Shown here: piece by piece, positions 26,532-33,977 of the stretch
How the letters are laid out: the number at the start of each line of letters is the position of its first letter
How positions within the stretch are numbered: the stretch's first letter is position 1
Source of the DNA: an uncultured Gemmatimonadaceae bacterium
Lineage (GTDB): Bacteria; Gemmatimonadota; Gemmatimonadetes; Longimicrobiales; Gaopeijiaceae
Direction of reading: 5' to 3'
NCBI GenBank assembly: GCA_964569085.1
Contig: CAZMTA010000009.1
Span: forward strand, 52,389 to 116,388
Length of the DNA: 64,000 nucleotides
Position numbers and translations under genes: made by a program
The notes under the pieces: generated by a model
Databases searched by the model: none
What the model saw: only the letters and a program-made list of their open reading frames with translations
What the model was told of the DNA's origin: nothing

Positions 26532-29179
26532 CCCCCGACTCCTCCGGTCCCCCCGGGATCCCCGAGGGCTTCCCCGCCGACCCCTCCCGGGCCGTGCTGG
26601 TGGGCCTGGACGGGCTCGACCCCGACCCCCCCGAGGAGGAGCGCCGCTCCCGGAAGCGGCCGGCCCGACCCCTGCGCCTCTCGGACGCGGCCCGGGAGAA
26701 GATCCGCCACGAGGTCGAGCGAGCCGGGGGGCGCGAGGTCTGCTTCCTGGCCGACGTGGACGCCCAGCGGGTGGTCCGGGACCCCCGGGCCGTGGCCCGG
26801 GGCAACTTCCAGGCGGTGCTGGTGGCCGCCCGGGACGCCGACGAGGGCGGGGTCATGATCCACAACCACCCCTCGGGCGTCCTGGAGCCCTCCGAGCCCG
26901 ACATGCGGGTGGCCGCCCAGCTCTACGACCAGGGGATCGGGACGGCCATCGTCGACAACGAGGCCGCCGCGATGTACGTGGTGGTGGAGCCTCCCGAGCC
27001 CCGGACCATCGAGCCGCTGGACGCCGACGCGCTGGAGGCGGTGGTGGCCCCCGGGGGACCCCTGGCCGAGCGGCACCCCGGCTACGAGGACCGCCCCGGC
27101 CAGCGGGAGATGCTCCACGCCGTCGTCCGCGCCTTCAACGAGGGGCGGGTGAGCGTGGTGGAGGCGGGGACCGGGACCGGGAAGTCCCTGGCCTACCTCC
27201 TGCCCGCCGCCGAGTGGGCCGCGCGCAACGGGGAGAAGACCGTCCTCTCCACCAACACGATCAACCTCCAGGAGCAGCTCGCCGGGAAGGACCTCCCCCT
27301 GGTGGCGGGCCTCCTGGACGAGGAGATCTCCTGGGCGCTGGTGAAGGGGCGGGGGAACTACGTCTCCATCCGCCGGGCGCGGCTGGCCGCCGGGTCCCAG
27401 GGCACGCTCTTCGAGGACGACCGGTCCTCGGAGATGGAGGCGCTCCTGGAGTGGATCGGCACCACCGAGGACGGGTCGCTGTCGGACCTCCCCTTCAGCC
27501 CGGCTCCGGACACCTGGGAGGAGGTGCGCAGCGACCCCGACATCTGCCTCCGGGCGCGCTGCCCCCACTTCCAGCAGTGCTTCTACCAGAAGTCCCGGCG
27601 CCGGGCTGCCGCCGCCGAGCTCCTGGTGGTGAACCACCACCTCCTCTTCAGCGACCTGGCCGTCCGTCGGGCGACCCAGAACTGGACCCAGGCCGCGGTC
27701 CTCCCGGCGTACAAGCGGCTCGTCCTGGACGAGGCCCACAACGTGGAGGACGCCGCCACCCAGCACATGGGGGTGGAGGTGACCCGCCACGGCATGTACC
27801 GGGCGCTCTCCCGCCTGGACCGCCGGGGCCGGGGGGTGCTGAACGCGGTCCACGAGGCCCTCCCCGCCGAGGGGGAGGGGGCCAACCTCCGGGAGCGGCT
27901 GGAGAACCGGGTGCGCCCGGCGCTCTCCAAGGCCCGGGCACGGGTGGAGGCCTTCGTGGAGACGCTGGAGGCGGTGGTGGGCCAGCCCGGACGCACCGTT
28001 CGCCTGGGCGCGCCCGACGTGGGCGAGCCCGCGGCCCGGGAGGACGTGCGGGAGCGCCTGGACGGCCTCGTGGCCACCCTGGGCACCCTCGAGCGGGAGC
28101 TGGCCGAGCTCCGGGAGCGCATCCAGCTCGACGAGGAGGTGGCGGAGCGCCTGGAGGAGCGGGTCCTCGACCTGCGGAGCGTGGAGCGCCGCGTGGCGGC
28201 CCACGCCCACGGCGTCCGCCTCGTCCTCACCCCCGGCGAGGACGCGGAGGCCTGGGTCCGCTGGCTGGAGACCCGGCGCTCGGGCCGCGGGGTGAACCTG
28301 GTCCTGGCCGCCGCGCCGGTGGAGCTGGGCCCGGTCCTGCGGGACTCCCTCTTCTCCAAGGCGGAGACGACGGTCCTGACCTCCGCCACCCTGACGACCC
28401 GGAAGCGCTTCGACTTCCTCCGGGACCGCCTGGGGCTGGCCCGGGCCGAGCTGGTGGCCGAGGACGCCCCCATCGAGGTCGAGGAGCGGGTGGTCCCGTC
28501 TCCCTTCGACTACCGGGAGCAGACGGTCCTGGCCGTCCCCACCGACCTCCCTCCGGCCGACGGGGGAGGCGCCGACGCCTTCCAGGTGGCCACGGCCCGG
28601 GTCACCGAGGAGCTGGCCTCCATGACCGACGGGGGGCTCTTCGTGCTCTTCACCTCCCACGGCGCGCTCCGCCGGGTGGGGGAGGCGCTGCGCGAGGCCG
28701 GGGTGGACCGGCGCTGGCCGCTCTTCGTCCACGGCGAGGACGACCGGCACCGCCTCCTGGGCCGCTTCGTGGAGGCGGAGCGGGGGATCCTCCTGGGGAC
28801 GTCGTCCTTCTGGGAGGGAGTGGACGTCCCCGGCGACCCCCTCCGGGCGCTCATCATCCAGAAGCTCCCCTTCCGGGTGCCCACCGAGCCCATCACCGCC
28901 GCCCGCATGGAGGCGCTGGAGCGGGAGGGGCGCAGCGCCTTCCACGAGTTCATGCTCCCCCACGCCGCCCTCCGTCTGAAGCAGGGCTTCGGGCGCCTCA
29001 TCCGCTCCCGCGCCGACCGGGGCGCGGTGCTCCTCCTGGACGACCGGGTGGTCACCCGCCGCTACGGGCGCTACCTGCGGGACTCGCTGCCGGACACCCC
29101 GCTCCTCAAGGGGCCCTGGCACGAGGTGGCCATGCGCCTGCGCGCCTTCTACGGCGTGGAGCCGGCCTCCGGGGGGTGA
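26528..29179 (+). CDS. RadC-like JAB/MPN domain fused to a DinG/XPD-family (Rad3-like) DNA helicase (883 aa)
   Basis: GTG overlaps the upstream stop. The JAMM motif is HNHPSGVLEPSEPD. Helicase features are Walker A AGTGTGKS, DEAH box LDEAHNVED and an Fe-S region CLRARCPHFQQC. C-terminal helicase motifs TSATL and SFWEGVD are present. Confidence 0.85.
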   Translation: MTPDSSGPPGIPEGFPADPSRAVLVGLDGLDPDPPEEERRSRKRPARPLRLSDAAREKIRHEVERAGGREVCFLADVDAQRVVRDPRAVARGNFQAVLVAARDADEGGVMIHNHPSGVLEPSEPDMRVAAQLYDQGIGTAIVDNEAAAMYVVVEPPEPRTIEPLDADALEAVVAPGGPLAERHPGYEDRPGQREMLHAVVRAFNEGRVSVVEAGTGTGKSLAYLLPAAEWAARNGEKTVLSTNTINLQEQLAGKDLPLVAGLLDEEISWALVKGRGNYVSIRRARLAAGSQGTLFEDDRSSEMEALLEWIGTTEDGSLSDLPFSPAPDTWEEVRSDPDICLRARCPHFQQCFYQKSRRRAAAAELLVVNHHLLFSDLAVRRATQNWTQAAVLPAYKRLVLDEAHNVEDAATQHMGVEVTRHGMYRALSRLDRRGRGVLNAVHEALPAEGEGANLRERLENRVRPALSKARARVEAFVETLEAVVGQPGRTVRLGAPDVGEPAAREDVRERLDGLVATLGTLERELAELRERIQLDEEVAERLEERVLDLRSVERRVAAHAHGVRLVLTPGEDAEAWVRWLETRRSGRGVNLVLAAAPVELGPVLRDSLFSKAETTVLTSATLTTRKRFDFLRDRLGLARAELVAEDAPIEVEERVVPSPFDYREQTVLAVPTDLPPADGGGADAFQVATARVTEELASMTDGGLFVLFTSHGALRRVGEALREAGVDRRWPLFVHGEDDRHRLLGRFVEAERGILLGTSSFWEGVDVPGDPLRALIIQKLPFRVPTEPITAARMEALEREGRSAFHEFMLPHAALRLKQGFGRLIRSRADRGAVLLLDDRVVTRRYGRYLRDSLPDTPLLKGPWHEVAMRLRAFYGVEPASGG

Positions 29180-29205
29180 GCCCCGGGCGGAGCCGGACCG
29201 CCCCT

Positions 29206-29233
29206 TTGACTCGCGGGGCACCCCCCGTAGATT
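29206..29233 (+). promoter_or_regulatory. Sigma70-like promoter candidate: TTGACT (29206-29211), 16-nt spacer, TAGATT (29228-29233)
   Basis: Read directly in the 115-bp gap after the helicase gene. It lies about 60 nt upstream of the 29295 ORF. Confidence 0.5.
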
Positions 29234-29294
29234 CCGGCGTTCCCGGGCGCCCGACGCCCGCCGACACGATCCCCGCACCCCACTCCCGACGCCC

Positions 29295-29510
29295 ATGACG
29301 CGGTACATCGGCCTCTTCATCGGAACGCTCTACCTCCTCATCGCCTTCGGCGCCTACAAGAACGGCATGGAGGGCTGGGGCGCGGGCCATTCGGACCTCG
29401 GCGTGTGGTGGACCGTCATCGGCGGCCTCCTGACCATCGCCGGGTTCGGAGCCATCCTCGGCACCTGGATCCACGCCTGGAGCGACGGCGAGGAGCACGC
29501 ATCCCACTGA
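29295..29510 (+). CDS. Hypothetical small membrane protein (71 aa, 2 TM)
   Basis: Hydrophobic segments are IGLFIGTLYLLIAFGAY and WWTVIGGLLTIAGFGAILGTWI. Composition differs from the R/G/P-rich shadow ORFs. Confidence 0.5.
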   Translation: MTRYIGLFIGTLYLLIAFGAYKNGMEGWGAGHSDLGVWWTVIGGLLTIAGFGAILGTWIHAWSDGEEHASH

Positions 29511-29598
29511 GCCGCGCCGGCGCCCCCGCCGTCCGCGCACCCACCGACGAGGTCGCCCGCCCCGCGCGGTCGGCCTCGTTCGACTATGAGGAGCCCGC

Positions 29599-30219
29599 AT
29601 GACCCTGAGCCCGTCCAAGATCGTCTGCGTGGGGAAGAACTACGCCAAGCACGCCGCCGAGATGGGCGGGGACGTCCCCGCCGAGCCTCTCATCTTCCTC
29701 AAGGCGCCCTCCGCGCTCCTGGCCGAGGGTGAGCCCATCGTGCGCCCCGGGGTCAGCTCGCGGGTCGACTACGAGGGGGAGATCGCCCTGCTCATCGGCA
29801 CCCGGGCCACCAAGGTCCCGGCGTCCCGGGCGTGGGACCACGTGGAGGCCGTCCTCCCCCTGAACGACGTCACGGCCCGGGACCTCCAGGCCGCCGACAG
29901 CCAGTGGAGCCGGGCCAAGGGCTTCGACACGTTCTGCCCCGTGGGCCAGCCGGTGCCCCTGGCCGAGGTGGACCGGGACGCCCTGGCGGTGGTGACCCGG
30001 GTCAACGGCGAGGTGCGGCAGGAGGCGCCCGCCTCGGACATGACGTACGACATCCCCTTCCTCATCGAGTACATCAGCTCGATCATGACGCTGGAGCCCG
30101 GCGACCTGGTCGCCACCGGGACCCCCGACGGCATCGGTCCGCTCCAGGCCGGGGACGTGGTGGAGGTGGAGGTCGTGGGGGTGGGCTCGGTGTCCAACCC
30201 CGTCGTGGACGAGGAGTAG
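29599..30219 (+). CDS. Fumarylacetoacetate hydrolase (FAH) family protein
   Basis: KIVCVGKNYAKHAAEMG, DYEGEIALLIG, NDVTARDLQ and GDLVATGTPDGIG are typical FAH-family motifs. Confidence 0.85.
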   Translation: MTLSPSKIVCVGKNYAKHAAEMGGDVPAEPLIFLKAPSALLAEGEPIVRPGVSSRVDYEGEIALLIGTRATKVPASRAWDHVEAVLPLNDVTARDLQAADSQWSRAKGFDTFCPVGQPVPLAEVDRDALAVVTRVNGEVRQEAPASDMTYDIPFLIEYISSIMTLEPGDLVATGTPDGIGPLQAGDVVEVEVVGVGSVSNPVVDEE

Positions 30220-30227
30220 GCGCCCCC

Positions 30228-31397
30228 GTGTTCCCCACCTCCGAGCGCTTCGACGCCCTGCCGCCCTATCCCCTGGCGGGGATGAAGGACATCCGGGTCC
30301 GCCTCGAGGCGGACGGGGTGGACATCCTGGACCTGGGCGCCGGCGACGCCGACCTGGATCCGCCCGCCGCGGCCGTGGACGCGCTGGCCGAGGCGGCCCG
30401 GCGCTCCGAGACCTCGCGGTATCCCTTCCAGCTCGGCTCGGTGGCCTTCCGGGAGGCCGTGGCCGCCTTCATGGCGCGTCGCTTCGGGGTCGAGGTGGAC
30501 CCGCTGAAGGAGCTCCTCCCCCTCATCGGGTCCAAGGACGGCATCGCGCACCTCCCCTTCGGCTTCATGGACCCCGGGGACGTGGCGGTCATGCCCGACC
30601 CGGGCTACCAGGCCTACCAGGGCGGGGTGACGCTGGCCGGCGGCACGCCCCACCAGGTGCCGCTGCGCCCGGAGCGGGACTTCCTCCTCCCCCTGGACGA
30701 GCTGCCCGACGAGGTCGTGGAGCGCACGCGCATCCTGTACCTGAACTACCCCAACAACCCCACGGCCGCGGTGGCCCCCCGGGCCTACCTGGAGGAGGCG
30801 GTGGCCTTCTGCCGTCGCCACCGGATCCTCCTGGCCCACGACCACGCCTACTCCGAGATCGCCTTCGACGGCTACCGGCCGCCCAGCATCCTGGAGATCG
30901 ACGGAGCGCGGGAGGTGGCGGTGGAGTTCCACTCGCTCTCCAAGACCTACAACATGACCGGGTGGCGTCTGGGGTGGGTGGCGGGCAACGCCGACGTGGT
31001 GGCGCGGCTGTCCCGGGTGAAGTCGTTCGTGGACACGGGGATCTTCCTGGGCGTCCAGGCCGCCGGGGTCGCGGCCCTCGGCGTGTGGGACGACTGGGTG
31101 CCCGGGAACGTGGCGGTCTTCCAGGGGCGTCGGGACGCGGCGGTGGCGGCGCTGCGCGGCGCGGGCTTCGAGGTGGAGGCCCCCCGGGCAACCATGTACC
31201 TGTGGCTTCCCGTCCCAGGGGCGGAGGACGACCAGGCCTTCGCGCGGCGCGCCCTGGAGGAGGAGGGGGTCATCGTCCTCCCCGGCTCGGCGCTCGGCGA
31301 GGGCGGGCGGGGCTTCTTCCGCATCGCGCTGACCGTGTCCGAGGCGCGCCTCGAGGAGGCGGCGGCCCGCCTCGGTCGGCTCTCGACCCGGGGGTGA
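30228..31397 (+). CDS. Class I/II PLP aminotransferase, LL-diaminopimelate aminotransferase-like
   Basis: Start is GTG at 30228. LPPYPLAGM, NYPNNPT and the PLP-lysine motif SLSKTYNMTGWRLGW are present. Confidence 0.8.
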   Translation: MFPTSERFDALPPYPLAGMKDIRVRLEADGVDILDLGAGDADLDPPAAAVDALAEAARRSETSRYPFQLGSVAFREAVAAFMARRFGVEVDPLKELLPLIGSKDGIAHLPFGFMDPGDVAVMPDPGYQAYQGGVTLAGGTPHQVPLRPERDFLLPLDELPDEVVERTRILYLNYPNNPTAAVAPRAYLEEAVAFCRRHRILLAHDHAYSEIAFDGYRPPSILEIDGAREVAVEFHSLSKTYNMTGWRLGWVAGNADVVARLSRVKSFVDTGIFLGVQAAGVAALGVWDDWVPGNVAVFQGRRDAAVAALRGAGFEVEAPRATMYLWLPVPGAEDDQAFARRALEEEGVIVLPGSALGEGGRGFFRIALTVSEARLEEAAARLGRLSTRG

Positions 31398-31497
31398 TCC
31401 GGGGCCGGCGCGGCCCCGGACGCCGGGCGGTCCCACCCCTCCACGCTCGCAGGCTCCGCAGGAACCGGGTTCTCCAGGGGGGTTAGGAAGACACGCG

Positions 31498-32319
31498 ATG
31501 TCCACGCCCCCGCCGCAGCTCCCCGTCCAGCCGCCCCGCCGGCCCGCCCGCCGCCGCACCGGCCTTGGGCGGCCGAGGGTGGTGGCCGTGGCCTTCGCCA
31601 TCTCCGCGGCGCTCCACCTGGCCGGCATCCTGATCTACCCGACGCTCTTCCAGCGCGAGGTCCGGAGCCCCACCCCCTTCGTCCTCCCCGTGAGCAGCGC
31701 GCGGTCCGGGGACATGGAGGTGATCCAGGTGGTGGAGGTGGCGCCGGAGGACCCCGACGCCCCGCCGGAGCCCGACGAGGTCGAGGACGCGCCTCCGCCC
31801 GAGGAGTCGGTGGACGCGCCGGTGGTCCGGGACGAGGCGGAGCAGGGGGGGCTGGTCGAGCCCGGCCCCACCGCCGCCGAGCGCCTCCGTCCGAACCTCG
31901 GGGACGAGCGGCTCTGGGCCCCGGTCGACCCGGCGCTGACCGAGCTCACCACCGAGCAGCGCCTGGAGCTGGAGCTGGCCGGCCGGCTGGAGGCCTGGCG
32001 GGACTCGGTGCGGGTGGCCGAGGAGCGCCGGGCCGCCCTCACGGACTGGACCGTCCGGGACGGGGACGGGGGACGCTGGGGCGTGAGCCCGGGGCGCATC
32101 CACTTGGGCGACTTCTCCCTCCCGCTGCCCTTCGGGTTCGGGGTGAACCCGGGGCGGCGGGAGGAGTCGGCCTACCGGGCGTGGGAGCTGGAGGAGCTCC
32201 AGCGCCAGCAGATGGAGGGGCAGGTCACGGGCTCCTGGCGGGAGCGCGCCGAGGCCATCCGGGCCCGGCGGGACCGGGAGCGCGCCCGGACCGACTCGGC
32301 CGGCCCGCCGGGCGGCTGA
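31498..32319 (+). CDS. Hypothetical membrane-anchored protein (273 aa)
   Basis: AGGAAG lies upstream of the ATG. The product has one N-terminal TM (VVAVAFAISAALHLAGILIY), an acidic P/E/D linker and a C-terminal domain. No family recognised. Confidence 0.55.
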   Translation: MSTPPPQLPVQPPRRPARRRTGLGRPRVVAVAFAISAALHLAGILIYPTLFQREVRSPTPFVLPVSSARSGDMEVIQVVEVAPEDPDAPPEPDEVEDAPPPEESVDAPVVRDEAEQGGLVEPGPTAAERLRPNLGDERLWAPVDPALTELTTEQRLELELAGRLEAWRDSVRVAEERRAALTDWTVRDGDGGRWGVSPGRIHLGDFSLPLPFGFGVNPGRREESAYRAWELEELQRQQMEGQVTGSWRERAEAIRARRDRERARTDSAGPPGG

Positions 32320-32456
32320 CTGCGCGCGAGGCCGCCGCCCGAGGCCGCTCCGGCAGGGGAAACATTTGACCATGGTGCCCCGTGCGGGGGTGTCCTATCT
32401 TGACGGCCCCTGCCCGCCGTTCCGATCCCCCCACCCCCCACCAAGGAACGACCCGC

Positions 32457-33803
32457 ATGGCGCGCACCCCGGAATCCGGCCGCGACTTCTTCGCCGGTCT
32501 CCTCGAGGCCCTGGTCGAGGTCATGGGCTCCGCCAAGGGGTATCTGCGCGATCACGGCCCGAGGGTGGCGGTGCTCTCGGCGCGCATCGGGGAGGCCGTG
32601 GGGCTCGACGACCGTGAGGTGTCCCGGCTGATCTTCGCCGCGGTCCTCTCGGACATGGGGATGATCGGGCTGGTGGAGGAGGCCTGGGAGAACCCGCGTC
32701 CGGAGCTCTCTCCCGAGAGCCGGGCCCGGGTCCAGGAGCACCCCGCCCGCTCCGAGGAGCGCGTGGTGGCCATCCCCCACCTCGAAGGCCTGGCCCCCCT
32801 GATCCGGCACCACCACGAGTGGTGGGACGGGTCGGGCTATCCCGACGGGCTCCGGGGGGACGAGATCCCCGTGGGCGCGCGGATCCTCCGCCTGGCCGAC
32901 ACCGTGGCCGCCCTGGGCCAGGACCGGCCGCATCGGGGCGCGCTGTCGCCCGCCGAGATCGCCGAGGTGGTGGCCGGGGGCGAGGGCGTGGAGTTCGGGC
33001 CGGAGGTCGTGGCGGCCTACACGGAGCTGCACCGCCTCAACGAGCTGCCCGCCTTCGAGCCGGCGGCCTTCCGCCACGCCGTGACCCGCGCCGCCGAGAA
33101 GCTGCTCCCGGAGGAGGTCTCTCCCCTCTCCAGCGACCAGCTCCTGGGCATCCTGGCGAACCTCATCGACGCCAAGGACCCCTACACGGCCGGTCACTCC
33201 CGCCGGGTGGCCGGGCTCTCCGTCGAGGTCGCGGGCATCCTCGGCCTCCAGGAAGAGCTGGAGTCGACGCTGTGGGCCGGGGGCTACCTCCACGACCTGG
33301 GCAAGCTCCGGGTGCCGCTGCGCATCCTCGCCAAGAAGGAGCGCCTGACGGACCGGGAGGTGCATCGGATCCAGCAGCACGCCGCCGACGGCGCCGCCAT
33401 CCTGGAGCAGATCCCGACGCTGCGGCACCTCACGACCAGCGCCCGCTACCACCACGAGCGGTGGGACGGAAGCGGGTACCCGGAGGGCCTGCGGGGGGAG
33501 CAGATCCCCCTGGTGGCCCAGATCATGGCCGTGTGCGACGCCTACGACGCCATGACCTCGACCCGGGCGTACCGCCGGGCCCTGAGCCACGGGAAGGCCC
33601 TGGAGGAGATCCACCGGAGCGTCGGCTCCCACTTCAGCCCCCGGGCCGCGGACGCCTTCCTCGCCCTGGACGAGGAGGTCTTCCTGGGGCTCGAGGCGGC
33701 CGAGAAGAAGCGGGACCCCTCCCAGGGAGGAGGAGCCCCCCCTTTTTTGGCCCGCCGGGGGACGGCGCGCCGCCTGGCGCGTCGGGCCCCGACGGGGGTC
33801 TGA
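32457..33803 (+). CDS. Tandem HD-GYP domain protein (first domain degenerate, second intact)
   Basis: Domain 1 has SDMGM in place of HD[IL]GK but keeps HHHEWWDGSGYPDGL. Domain 2 has GHSRRVA, LHDLGKL and HHERWDGSGYPEGL. ATG at 32457 is preceded by AAGGAA. Confidence 0.8.
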   Translation: MARTPESGRDFFAGLLEALVEVMGSAKGYLRDHGPRVAVLSARIGEAVGLDDREVSRLIFAAVLSDMGMIGLVEEAWENPRPELSPESRARVQEHPARSEERVVAIPHLEGLAPLIRHHHEWWDGSGYPDGLRGDEIPVGARILRLADTVAALGQDRPHRGALSPAEIAEVVAGGEGVEFGPEVVAAYTELHRLNELPAFEPAAFRHAVTRAAEKLLPEEVSPLSSDQLLGILANLIDAKDPYTAGHSRRVAGLSVEVAGILGLQEELESTLWAGGYLHDLGKLRVPLRILAKKERLTDREVHRIQQHAADGAAILEQIPTLRHLTTSARYHHERWDGSGYPEGLRGEQIPLVAQIMAVCDAYDAMTSTRAYRRALSHGKALEEIHRSVGSHFSPRAADAFLALDEEVFLGLEAAEKKRDPSQGGGAPPFLARRGTARRLARRAPTGV

Positions 33804-33977
33804 GGCCGGACGGGCCGGGGGCCGGCTTCCCCGCCTGAGACGCTCCGGCGTCCCCGGGACCGTGGGGCCCACGGTACCGGAGCGCCGCCCGGTTGCCCAT
33901 CTTACGGGTTCCGCGCCGAGACCCACCCGCGGGGCCCCCTCCCCGGGGCGCCCCGCCGAGACCCCGGAACGCCCCAC

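Noticed and set aside
33804-33977. T-box or other leader RNA upstream of valS (and similarly upstream of hisS and proS).
   Set aside because: No specifier-loop or T-box (AGGGUGGNACCGCG-like) sequence was seen. hisS has essentially no leader, and proS is coupled to the upstream ORF.
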